A stretch of 64,000 bases of DNA from Patescibacteria group bacterium (GTDB lineage: Bacteria; Patescibacteriota; Microgenomatia; UBA1400; PJMF01): assembly GCA_016861085.1 (NCBI GenBank), contig BOKR01000001.1:323271-387270 (forward strand), in the 5' to 3' direction. The notes under the pieces were generated by a model, which did no database searches, was not told the origin of the DNA, and was given only the letters and a program-made list of their open reading frames with translations. The position numbers and the translations under genes were made by a program. Shown here piece after piece: positions 19,446 to 30,565 of this stretch (positions are counted from its first letter, which is position 1; the number at the start of each line of letters is the position of its first letter).

Positions 19446-20723
19446 TTATAGGTTTCTAATGACTTCTTTACCCATGTACGGTACCAAAACTTTTGGAATT
19501 TTGATAGTGCCATCACTTTGTTGGTAGTTCTCAATAATTGCAGCTAATAGCCTTGGTGTGGCTGCCATTGTGTTATTGAGTGTATACACATATTTAGTAG
19601 TGCCATCTTTTGCCTGGTATTTGATATTCAATCTTCTTGCTTGAAAGTCGTTGAAATAACTTGCTGAGTGAGTTTCTCGATATTTATTTTGTCCTGGGAA
19701 CCAAGTCTCGACGTCATATTTTTTACGCTGCCCTGCTCCCATGTCACCTGTGCACATTCGTAGCACTTGGTAGGGAAGTTCAAGATTTTTAAGCAGAGTT
19801 TCAGAAAACAGAACCATTTTTTCGTGCCAGTTTCTAGTTTCATTTTCGTCTGCTACTGTGTAGACAACTTGTTCAACTTTATTAAACTGATGAACTCTGA
19901 CTATGCCTTGAGTATCCTTGCCATGGGTTCCGACTTCTCGTCTAAAACAAGGTGAAATACCACACATTTTTATCGGTAGATCTTTTTCGTTTAAAGTCTC
20001 GCCCATTTTGTATGCGGTGAGTGCTACTTCTGCAGTTCCGGCTAAGATCTGGCCATCTTGAGTCTTATAATGATCTTCACTACCCCATGGGAAATATCCT
20101 GTACCCCACATTGCTTCCTGGTTGACAAGAATTGGTGCGGACATTGGAGTAAAGTTTTCTGCTACTAAAAGTTTGAGGGCATAATTGAGAATGGCTTGCT
20201 CTAAAAGCAACGCATCATTTTTTAAGAAATAGGCTCTAAACCCGCCAATTCGAACAGCGCGAGCTGTGTCAAGCAGATCTAGATTTTCCATAAGCTCATG
20301 ATGTTGTCTTGGTTCAAAATCGAACTGTGGTTTTTCACCCCACTGTCTTTCGACTTGATTACCTGATTCGTCTGGCCCAACCGGAACGTCTTCAGCCGGA
20401 ACATTAGGAATTTGATACATAAGTTGTTCAAATTCTTCTTGAACAATTTTTAGGTCTGGTTCAAGCTCTTGAATATTTGCTTTTATTCGTTTGCCAGTTT
20501 CTATTTGTTTTGGGGTTGGTTTACCACCAACATGTACAGCTTTTTTGATAATTTCAACATGTTCATTACTTTGTCTTCTTAAATTATCAACTTGCAATTG
20601 TAACTCTCTTCGCTTCTGGTCTACAGAGAGTAGCTGATCTACTACACTTGAATCTAGCTGTTTATTTTCGCAAGCTATTTTTACTATTTGTGCATTTTCA
20701 CGAATGTATTGAATATCTAACAT
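19446..20723 (-). CDS. serS: seryl-tRNA synthetase
   Basis: N-terminal coiled-coil (MLDIQYIREN), class II motifs (FRREVGTHGKDTQGIVRVHQF), and AGGAGG RBS 8 nt upstream of ATG 20723. Confidence 0.9.
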   Translation of the reverse strand: MLDIQYIRENAQIVKIACENKQLDSSVVDQLLSVDQKRRELQLQVDNLRRQSNEHVEIIKKAVHVGGKPTPKQIETGKRIKANIQELEPDLKIVQEEFEQLMYQIPNVPAEDVPVGPDESGNQVERQWGEKPQFDFEPRQHHELMENLDLLDTARAVRIGGFRAYFLKNDALLLEQAILNYALKLLVAENFTPMSAPILVNQEAMWGTGYFPWGSEDHYKTQDGQILAGTAEVALTAYKMGETLNEKDLPIKMCGISPCFRREVGTHGKDTQGIVRVHQFNKVEQVVYTVADENETRNWHEKMVLFSETLLKNLELPYQVLRMCTGDMGAGQRKKYDVETWFPGQNKYRETHSASYFNDFQARRLNIKYQAKDGTTKYVYTLNNTMAATPRLLAAIIENYQQSDGTIKIPKVLVPYMGKEVIRNL

Positions 20724-20930
20724 TTGTGACCTCCTCTTTTTGGTTGAGACACTAAAACGCTCTCCCATACCAAAAATACTTGATACGTGAGAGGGTCAAA
20801 GTATTTTCTATACTTGGGACGGTGCCACCTCTTAATTATCTTATTCCTGCGGTTACGGGCTTACCCGGCTTGGTTGTTTACCCCAAGCAGCTTGACAGCT
20901 GCTAACTGTCTCAAATGCTTTTATCTGATT
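20724..20930 (-). promoter_or_regulatory. candidate T-box-like leader of serS (low confidence)
   Basis: Minus-strand leader contains AAUUAAGAGGUGGCACCG, which resembles the T-box consensus AAUUAGGGUGGNACCGCG. The variable N is C, which would pair with G73 of tRNA-Ser. A TATAAT box sits about 200 nt upstream of the start codon. Confidence 0.3.
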
Positions 20931-20943
20931 ATTATATCATGAA

Positions 20944-21324
20944 TTATTTTGCTGCTGCTCTTTTTTTTGCGAGCCTATTAAATGCTTTTCCAACACCATC
21001 TTTTGGAGGATATTTTTTTGCGTTCTTTTGCATTTTTTGACGAAACTCCTTGACCAAATCTATATCTAGATCATGAGCCATGAGTAACATCCAGTACAGA
21101 ACATCTGAAAGTTCCTCTCCAATTTCTTTTTTGAAGGTTTTTGTATATTTTCTGAGCTCACTACCTTGCAGATAGTGAAAATATTCAGCAAGCTCGCCAG
21201 CCTCTATGAGTAGACCAAGGGCTAAATCCTTAGGATTTTGATATTGTTCCCAGTTTCGCTCATCACGGAATGCAATTACTTCTTGAGTGAGTTCATCGAT
21301 TATTGTTTGTTTTGATTTAGTCAT
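20944..21324 (-). CDS. MazG-like nucleotide pyrophosphohydrolase
   Basis: Core EAGELAEYF...ELSDVLYWML resembles the MazG/YpjD EEXXE metal site. Start is at MTKSKQ because the 5' extension overlaps tRNA-Ala. Confidence 0.65.
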   Translation of the reverse strand: MTKSKQTIIDELTQEVIAFRDERNWEQYQNPKDLALGLLIEAGELAEYFHYLQGSELRKYTKTFKKEIGEELSDVLYWMLLMAHDLDIDLVKEFRQKMQKNAKKYPPKDGVGKAFNRLAKKRAAAK

Positions 21325-21335
21325 TTTGATTCTTG

Positions 21336-21407
21336 TGGACCCAATGGGAATCGAACCCATGTATTACGAATGCGAATCGTACGCTCTACCAACTAAGCTA
21401 TGAGCCC
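21336..21407 (-). tRNA. tRNA-Ala (anticodon CGC) with G3:U70
   Basis: Reverse complement has acceptor GGGCTCA/TGGGTCC including a G3:U70 pair, D-arm GCTT-AGTTGGTA-GAGC, anticodon stem TACGA/TCGTA with loop TTCGCAT, T-arm ATGGG-TTCGATT-CCCAT, and discriminator A. Confidence 0.8.
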
Positions 21408-21419
21408 CGGTTTGTATTG

Positions 21420-21491
21420 TGGACCCGACAGGAATTGCACCTATGTCTTCGCGATAAATCGCGCTGCTCTACTCTTTGAGCTACGAGGCCC
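21420..21491 (-). ncRNA. aberrant tRNA-like element (possible tRNA pseudogene)
   Basis: Acceptor-like ends GGGCCTC...CGGGTCC-A again include a G3:U70-like pair. The D-loop lacks GG, the T-loop reads TGCAATT, and the anticodon arm is a 5-bp stem CGCGA/TCGCG with only a 4-nt loop (TTTA). Confidence 0.3.
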
Positions 21492-21496
21492 GCAAG

Positions 21497-23608
21497 TTAC
21501 TTGTTAAACACATCAATCAAGAAGGAAAAATGTTCGTCTTCTGATTTCCCAATTAATTGTAAACCTTCAGCGATATCTTCTCTACTCACATTGGCAGCAA
21601 ACTGTCGTGTTTTAAGTTTTTTCTTGATTGATTTTGGTGTCATGCCAACAAATTTTTCTGGCCTTAGAATTGACACCGCATTTATGAATCCAGAGATTTC
21701 GTCACAGGCAAATAAGTATTTATCAAGCAAGGTTTGCGGATGTTTACCAGTTCTCTCTGGTGCATGAGCTGCAATTGCATTCAATAGTGGTTCTGGATAT
21801 TCAGTAAGAATTTCATTGATTGCTTTATTTGGATGTTCGTCAGGATATTGTTCCCAGTCTAGGTCGTGCAACAATCCTGTCTGGTACCATAATTCTTCGT
21901 TTTGTCCCAGTGCTTTTGCATAAGCACTCAACGCTTTTGCTACCATTCGGCAGTGATTTCTGAGCGCTTCATCTTTGATGTATTCCTCTAATAATTTTTC
22001 TGCTTGTTCTCTTGGTGGGAGTGTAACATTTGTATCAGAAGTTACTTGAGTAGGTGTGGTTTTTGCTTGTGGGTTTGAAGTAGTAGCTGTTCCTGGATTA
22101 ATAGGAGTAAGCGGTCGTAACGTTGGGAAAGCAATTACTTCTTTGATACTCCAAGTGTTGGTCAAAAACATGACTAATCGGTCAATTCCCATACCTATAC
22201 CCCCAAGTGGTGGCATACCATGTTCCATTGCTTCCAGAAAATCTTCATCAAGTGGGTGTGCTTCGGTATCACCGTGACGCATGTTTGCTTGTTCGTTTTC
22301 CCAGATTTTTCTTTGATCAATTGAGTCGACAATCTCGCTCCAGCCGTCTGCAAGTTCTTTTCCACCAATATATGCCTCAAAGCGTTCTGCAAATTGTGGG
22401 TTAGTCCTGTGCTGTTTTGAAAGTGGCGAGATGTCTCGTGGATAATCAACAATCCAAATTGGGGCAACCAAATGAGGAGTTACCAAGGCATCAAATAGCT
22501 CAAACAAGGCTTTTCCTCTGGTATATTCACTTTTTAATGTGATTTTATGTTCATTTAGTAAGTTGTGTACTGCTTCATCTGATAACGACTCAAAGTCAAT
22601 ATGAGCATGTTCTTTGAGTGCTTCATCCATTCTTACTCTTGGCCAGTCACCACTAATGTCTATTTCGGCTTCACCAACTGTAATTGTATAGTTGCCATAT
22701 AACTGGAATACTAAATGTTTAACTAATTCTTCAGCCACATTCATCATGCGATGATAGTCCGCATACGTTTCATACCATTCAATCATAGTAAATTCTGGTT
22801 GATGAGTCTGGTCAATTCCTTCATTACGGAAATTGCGAGCGATTTCAAAAACACGATCATAACCACCAACTATGAGGCGTTTTAAATATAGTTCTGGTGC
22901 AATACGTAAATAAAAATCAGAATCAAGTGCATTCATATGGGTTGTGAATGGAGTTGCATTTGTACCACCATAGAGTGGTTGTAAGATTGGGGTCTCAACT
23001 TCAACAAAGTCGTATTTATCTTGTAAAAATCTTCGGATTTCTTTAGTTAAGAGCCAACGTGCATCAAGGACTCGTTTCGCGTCTGGGTTGATCAACATAT
23101 CAACATAGCGTTTTCTAAATCGTGCCTCTTTGTCATCAGCAGCATTCCAGACTGTGGGGATTGGCCTAAGCGATTTGCTCAGCAATGTGTATTCAGTGGC
23201 TTGGATTGTTATTTCGCCAGTTTTGGTAGTTATAACAGTTCCCATAACACCCAAGTAGTCTCCTCTATCAACTAAATTTTTGAGCCAATTGTAATCTGAT
23301 TCTGGAACTTCAGTTTTTCGCACCATCACTTGGATATGATCTGTAGAATCCTGAAGATCTAAGAAAATAACACTACCGTGGGCACGAATTGACATGATAC
23401 GTCCAGCAGTCTGAACCTGTTCATTGAGCAAGTTTCTTGTTTGAGCAATTGTGTGTTGTTTGTTGTAGAGGTACGGATGTACGTTAATTCCAAGCGATTC
23501 AAGTTGTTCTCTTTTTTCAGTTTTTGCCTGGATTGTTTCTTCCATTCTTGACATACCTGTCCTTTTTGTTTGGTTGTTTCTTTGATTTTCGGTGTCTTGA
23601 TTATACAT
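21497..23608 (-). CDS. lysS: lysyl-tRNA synthetase (class II) fused to a C-terminal HD-domain phosphohydrolase
   Basis: Residues 1 to about 500 carry LysRS motifs (FRNEGIDQTHQPEFTMIEWY, GGIGMGIDRLVM). Residues about 550-703 carry the HD signature (RNHCRMVAKA...GLLHDLD...H). Confidence 0.85.
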   Translation of the reverse strand: MYNQDTENQRNNQTKRTGMSRMEETIQAKTEKREQLESLGINVHPYLYNKQHTIAQTRNLLNEQVQTAGRIMSIRAHGSVIFLDLQDSTDHIQVMVRKTEVPESDYNWLKNLVDRGDYLGVMGTVITTKTGEITIQATEYTLLSKSLRPIPTVWNAADDKEARFRKRYVDMLINPDAKRVLDARWLLTKEIRRFLQDKYDFVEVETPILQPLYGGTNATPFTTHMNALDSDFYLRIAPELYLKRLIVGGYDRVFEIARNFRNEGIDQTHQPEFTMIEWYETYADYHRMMNVAEELVKHLVFQLYGNYTITVGEAEIDISGDWPRVRMDEALKEHAHIDFESLSDEAVHNLLNEHKITLKSEYTRGKALFELFDALVTPHLVAPIWIVDYPRDISPLSKQHRTNPQFAERFEAYIGGKELADGWSEIVDSIDQRKIWENEQANMRHGDTEAHPLDEDFLEAMEHGMPPLGGIGMGIDRLVMFLTNTWSIKEVIAFPTLRPLTPINPGTATTSNPQAKTTPTQVTSDTNVTLPPREQAEKLLEEYIKDEALRNHCRMVAKALSAYAKALGQNEELWYQTGLLHDLDWEQYPDEHPNKAINEILTEYPEPLLNAIAAHAPERTGKHPQTLLDKYLFACDEISGFINAVSILRPEKFVGMTPKSIKKKLKTRQFAANVSREDIAEGLQLIGKSEDEHFSFLIDVFNK

Positions 23609-24680
23609 TATTTTCCTCCTGATTTTTTGCTAGCTTTAAGATTAAATCTTTCATTGTTTCCAGATTTTCTACTGTTGTAGACTCTCTTGTGGTATGAACT
23701 TCACGACTGCCATCACCCAAATTAAAGACCTTTAGTTTTTGTGGATCTTGGTTCAACACATTTGCATCTGAAACGCCAAAAGATTGATGTATTGACACTT
23801 TTCTATTAAGTAGTTTCTCAAGAACTTTTTTTATTGGTTCAATTTCTGTATCAGAAAAAATATAACCAGAGTTTTCCTGTACAACTTCCCATTCTAGTTG
23901 GCAATCATATTTTTTTGAGAGTATGCCCCTCATCTTTTGAAGGGTTTGCTCGAACAAGTCGGAATACATGCTTCTGATTTCTCCCATGATTTTGAATTTT
24001 CCAATAATAGTATTTTTTGCAGTACCACCTCTGATTTCACCAATATTTATTAGTACTTTTTCTGACTTTAGCTCTTCAATTTTGTGTATTATCTCCATAA
24101 GCGTTGGGAGGGCTGGTACAGCCTCGTGAGCGTTTTCGGTGTGGGCAGACCTACCTCTAATGAGCACAGTAAATATTCCGTAACAGGGAGAAGCAGAAAT
24201 TATATCCCCAATCTCACCTGTACCATCAAAGATATAGCCAATGTTTGCTCTTATTTTTGATCTATCAAAGCCAATGACTCCGCGGCAACTGTCTTCTTCC
24301 CAGGTTGTGAATAGAATATCAAGTGGACGCCAGCTTTGTTCTGGATGCTGATGCATATATTGCACTGCTGACATAATTGCGGCAATTGCAGCTTTGTTAT
24401 CTGCAGCCAAAATGGTGTCCCCACTACTTGTTATGGTGCCATCTTTAAGTATTGGAACAATTCCTCTCCCTGGTTCAACTGTGTCCATATGAGCACAAAG
24501 TAGTAGCGGTTCACCTTCACCGTTCGATTGAATAAACACATTATTGTACGTATCCTTTACAGGCTTACATTCGCATACTTGTGTGAAAAAATCCACAAGG
24601 TGATTAGACATGTCTTTCTCTTCACCGGAAACACTGTCAATTTGCACTATCTGCATGAATAAGTCTGTTACATTTGTCAT
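23601..24680 (-). CDS. M20-family metallopeptidase (PepT/ArgE-like)
   Basis: LLCAHMDTV metal-binding motif, then an aspartate-rich TTWEEDSCRG region and GRSAHTE are present. Confidence 0.7.
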   Translation of the reverse strand: MTNVTDLFMQIVQIDSVSGEEKDMSNHLVDFFTQVCECKPVKDTYNNVFIQSNGEGEPLLLCAHMDTVEPGRGIVPILKDGTITSSGDTILAADNKAAIAAIMSAVQYMHQHPEQSWRPLDILFTTWEEDSCRGVIGFDRSKIRANIGYIFDGTGEIGDIISASPCYGIFTVLIRGRSAHTENAHEAVPALPTLMEIIHKIEELKSEKVLINIGEIRGGTAKNTIIGKFKIMGEIRSMYSDLFEQTLQKMRGILSKKYDCQLEWEVVQENSGYIFSDTEIEPIKKVLEKLLNRKVSIHQSFGVSDANVLNQDPQKLKVFNLGDGSREVHTTRESTTVENLETMKDLILKLAKNQEENNV

Positions 24681-24695
24681 TTTGGTTCCTATAAA

Positions 24696-24734
24696 CAAAA
24701 AGCCCCCCGCTGTGGCGGGGGGCTAAGCTTTTTT
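24696..24734 (-). terminator. intrinsic terminator of greA
   Basis: GCCCCCCGC-CACA-GCGGGGGGC hairpin followed by a T-run on the minus strand. Confidence 0.7.
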
Positions 24735-25214
24735 CTATTTTATATCTGCTACTTCGTATTTCATTTCCCCCGCTGGAGCTTTTACAATTACAGTATCGCC
24801 CTTCTTCTTACCGACAAGAGCTGCTCCTAATGGTGATGCGATTGAAATTTTATTTGCATTTGGATCAGCTTCAAATTCGCCAACCATCTGAACAGTTTTA
24901 TCTTTTTTGGTTCCTGATTTTCTGATTGTGACTGAGGAACCCATACCAATTTTATTTTGACTTTTGGTATTTTTGACAACAACAGCATTATCGACAATAT
25001 TTTGTAACTCATCGATTCTTGCTTGCAACAATTGTTGGTCATCTCGTGCTGAATGATACTCTGCATTTTCTGAGAGGTCGCCGTGTTCACGAGCTTTTTG
25101 AACTCTTTCAATGATAGCAGGAAGCTTAACATCAGCCAGTTCTTTCAACTCGGCTTTTATTTCTTCCAATCCCTCTTTAGTTAATTCTATTTGGTTGGTC
25201 ATTACTTTTTGCAT
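24735..25214 (-). CDS. greA: transcription elongation factor GreA
   Basis: HGDLSENAEYHSARDDQ acidic tip and FKBP-like C-terminal domain, about 155 aa. Confidence 0.9.
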   Translation of the reverse strand: MQKVMTNQIELTKEGLEEIKAELKELADVKLPAIIERVQKAREHGDLSENAEYHSARDDQQLLQARIDELQNIVDNAVVVKNTKSQNKIGMGSSVTIRKSGTKKDKTVQMVGEFEADPNANKISIASPLGAALVGKKKGDTVIVKAPAGEMKYEVADIK

Positions 25215-25286
25215 AACAGTGAATAGTATATATTACTTTTTTGATTCGGCAAGTTTTTTTGTATGCCACCCCAAGAAATTGGTTGG

Positions 25287-25709
25287 CTAAATTGTAGTTT
25301 TTTTACTTTTTTGGGCAATTCTGATCTCAAGAAGAGCACGCTTGAGTGAAGCTTCAGCCATAAGGAGCTCTCTTCTATCTTCTGGTGAAGCTTTGATAGT
25401 TTCTTGAGCAGCTTTAACGGCTTCTTCAGCTTTTTGCAAAGAGATATCTCGAGCAAACTGAGCTGTATCTACCATTACTGTAACCGTACTATCTGGTGAA
25501 ACAGTAATAAATCCATCTGAAATAACCAATGATTCTACTTTGCCATCCACGAGGTATCTTAGTTCACCTGTTTCTAGTTTACTAAAAAGCCCGATGTGTT
25601 CTGGAAGAATCGTAATTTCCCCAGTTGCAGTTGGAGCAGTAATTTGTTCAACTTGTGCTTTGAGTAACTGTTTTTCTTGTGAGACAACAGTCAACAAAAT
25701 TTGTTTCAT
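25287..25709 (-). CDS. atpC: F-type ATP synthase epsilon subunit
   Basis: Position is last in the atp operon. Beta-sandwich N-domain and helical C-terminus are present. Confidence 0.8.
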   Translation of the reverse strand: MKQILLTVVSQEKQLLKAQVEQITAPTATGEITILPEHIGLFSKLETGELRYLVDGKVESLVISDGFITVSPDSTVTVMVDTAQFARDISLQKAEEAVKAAQETIKASPEDRRELLMAEASLKRALLEIRIAQKSKKTTI

Positions 25710-25720
25710 TGTATTCCTAA

Positions 25721-28011
<2,291 letters not shown>

Positions 28012-28013
28012 TA

Positions 28014-29540
28014 TTACTCTTGAGAAACTAATTCCTGTTGCATAGTGTTGAAGGTAGTGATTGCATCTATGAGTGCTTTTTCAGTTTCTTCAACTAACTT
28101 TTGTTCTTTGGTAATGCTTTCAAGAATAGATGAGTAAGAACTTTTGATTGTTTCTAAGTAAGCACTCTCCCATTTTTGAATGTCATCAACCGATACTTTA
28201 TCTAAATAACCTTTAACGGCTGCATAGATAACAACGACTTGCTCTTCCATTTTAAGTGGAGTGTCCCATCCTTGTTTGAGGATAGCGTTTACTCGTTCAC
28301 CTCTATCAAGTTGTGCTTTTGTTTTATCATCAAGGTCAGAACTGAATTGGGCAAATGCTTGTAATTCTCTGAATTGAGCCAGGTCAAGTTTCATGGTACC
28401 AGCAACTTGTTTGGTTGCTTTCACTTGAGCTGCTCCACCAACACGAGAAACCGAGAGACCAACGTTGATAGCTGGCTTCATACCTGCGTTGAAGAGATCT
28501 GATTCGAGGTAAATTTGGCCGTCAGTAATAGATATAACGTTTGTTGGAATAAATGCAGACACGTCATTATTTTGAGTTTCAATGATTGGAAGTGCTGTGA
28601 TAGAACCACCACCGTTTTCTTTGTTTAGGCGGCAAGCTCTTTCAAGTAATCTAGAGTGTAGGTAAAAAACGTCACCCGGATATGCTTCACGACCTGATGG
28701 ACGTTTCAGCAAGAGTGAAATCTCACGATATGCTTGTGCATGTTTAGTTAAGTCATCAAAAATAATTAAAACGTCTTTTCCCTTATCAAGGAAGTATTCA
28801 GCAATAGCTTGTCCGGCATATGGAGCTAAAAATTGTTCTGCAGCAGAAACTGATGCTGTTGCAGCAACAACAGTCGTGTACTCCATTGCCCCAGCTTTTT
28901 CTAAAATACCAATTGTTTGTGCAAGAGATGACCGTTTCTGACCAATACAAACATAAACACAAATGAGATTTTCTCCTTTTTGATTGAGAATTGTTCCCAA
29001 GGCAACTGCAGTTTTACCGGTAGATCTATCACCGATAATGAGTTCACGTTGTCCTCTTCCAATTGGTACTAAAGCATCAACTGCTTTTAAGCCAGTGTGC
29101 ATTGGAACAGTAACTGATTGGCGTGGCATAATTCCAGGAGCTTTTTTCTCAAGGAGCATGTTCTTTTCAGCGAAGATAGCATTTCCACCGTCTAGAGGTC
29201 TTCCTAAAACATCAACAGTTCTTCCAAGTATATCGTCACTAACACCAATTGAAAGAATTTTGCCAGTTTTCTTAACAGTTGCGCCAGCTTTTAAATGAGC
29301 TGCATCACCCAAAACAACAATACCAGTTTCTGTCTTTTCTAAGTTGAGTGCTAACCCAAATTGATTATTTCCTAAATCAATCAATTCTCCAGCTTGCACA
29401 TCATCAAGGCCAGTAACTTTTACGACTCCATCGCCATATGCTTTAACTGTACCAACAGACTGTTTTTCAACTGAGACCGTTGATTGATTAATTAGATCGG
29501 CAATAGAAAGGTTGAAATTTTGTTTTGGATTTTTTTTCAT
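28014..29540 (-). CDS. atpA: F-type ATP synthase alpha subunit
   Basis: P-loop GDRSTGKTA is present, 508 aa. Confidence 0.95.
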   Translation of the reverse strand: MKKNPKQNFNLSIADLINQSTVSVEKQSVGTVKAYGDGVVKVTGLDDVQAGELIDLGNNQFGLALNLEKTETGIVVLGDAAHLKAGATVKKTGKILSIGVSDDILGRTVDVLGRPLDGGNAIFAEKNMLLEKKAPGIMPRQSVTVPMHTGLKAVDALVPIGRGQRELIIGDRSTGKTAVALGTILNQKGENLICVYVCIGQKRSSLAQTIGILEKAGAMEYTTVVAATASVSAAEQFLAPYAGQAIAEYFLDKGKDVLIIFDDLTKHAQAYREISLLLKRPSGREAYPGDVFYLHSRLLERACRLNKENGGGSITALPIIETQNNDVSAFIPTNVISITDGQIYLESDLFNAGMKPAINVGLSVSRVGGAAQVKATKQVAGTMKLDLAQFRELQAFAQFSSDLDDKTKAQLDRGERVNAILKQGWDTPLKMEEQVVVIYAAVKGYLDKVSVDDIQKWESAYLETIKSSYSSILESITKEQKLVEETEKALIDAITTFNTMQQELVSQE

Positions 29541-29554
29541 CTTCTATTTCTTGT

Positions 29555-29791
29555 TTACAAACTTTGTTTTAGTTGTACGTGGAGTTTTTCAAGTTTTGAG
29601 TATGCAGTTGCATCAATCTCTTGTGAGCCAACAGTAATTTTAACTCCTGCAATTACTGAGTGATCCACGACTTGTTTTAACTCTATCGTATTTTCTGTGT
29701 ATTTTTTTTCCATTGCATCAACAATTTTTTTAGCTTGTGAGCTAGTGAGCTCGACTGCAGATGTAACGGTAACTTTTAACATTGGTTTCAT
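29555..29791 (-). CDS. atpH: F-type ATP synthase delta subunit, truncated (78 aa, C-terminal domain only)
   Basis: Sits between atpF and atpA. Sequence resembles only the delta C-terminal region. Confidence 0.6.
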   Translation of the reverse strand: MKPMLKVTVTSAVELTSSQAKKIVDAMEKKYTENTIELKQVVDHSVIAGVKITVGSQEIDATAYSKLEKLHVQLKQSL

Positions 29792-29792
29792 A

Positions 29793-30278
29793 TTACAGAT
29801 TCTTTAAGATTGTTTCTAATTCTGAGTCAATTAGTTTTTGTTGAGCTTTGACATCAAGAGATTTCCCAATGACTTTAGCTGAAACCGCCATAACGGCATC
29901 TGCCATATCTTGTTTTGCCTCTTTTAATAAAGCTGCTTTTTCTGTGTCCCAAGAATCAAGCAATTTTGATTTTTCTGCTTTGGCTTCTTTTCTTGCTTGT
30001 GCAAGAATTTCTTGAGCTTTTTCTTTTGCCTCATCTTGAGCTTCCTTTAAAACGGTAGCGCGCTCTTTTTTAAGATCGTTTTCCATTTTTTTTCTAGTTT
30101 GCTCAAGTTCATTTTTTTCTGTGACTGCTGCTTCAGCTGCTTTTTGACCTTCAGCAATTTTTTGTGAGCGTTCATCAAACATCTTTAAAACTGGTTTGTA
30201 GAGTAAAAATGTGAGCGCACCTAAAACTACAGAAAAGTTAATTGCCTGAAACAGTATTTGTGTGATTTGAATGTCCAT
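29793..30278 (-). CDS. atpF: F-type ATP synthase b subunit
   Basis: Single N-terminal TM helix then a long charged coiled coil, 161 aa. Confidence 0.85.
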   Translation of the reverse strand: MDIQITQILFQAINFSVVLGALTFLLYKPVLKMFDERSQKIAEGQKAAEAAVTEKNELEQTRKKMENDLKKERATVLKEAQDEAKEKAQEILAQARKEAKAEKSKLLDSWDTEKAALLKEAKQDMADAVMAVSAKVIGKSLDVKAQQKLIDSELETILKNL

Positions 30279-30287
30279 ATGTGTCCT

Positions 30288-30503
30288 TTAAACAAATTTC
30301 AAGATTAAAGCAACGACAAGTGCATAGATAGCAATAGCTTCTGCAAATGCGATACCAAGAATCATGTTTGTTTGAATTTTACTTGCAGCTTCTGGGTTTC
30401 TTCCAATGGCTTCAAGACCTTTTGAAACAAGCATACCAATTGCTAAGCCTGGCCCAATTGAGCCAACACCCATAACAAATGCAACTGCGAATTCGGTTGT
30501 CAT
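30288..30503 (-). CDS. atpE: F-type ATP synthase c subunit
   Basis: Two-TM hairpin with conserved carboxylate in GIAFAEAIAIYALVVAL. Confidence 0.9.
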   Translation of the reverse strand: MTTEFAVAFVMGVGSIGPGLAIGMLVSKGLEAIGRNPEAASKIQTNMILGIAFAEAIAIYALVVALILKFV

Positions 30504-30565
30504 ATAATTTTTTCTCCTACTATTTATATTTTGTACTTATTACTATTTGTTTACTATCCTGACGT

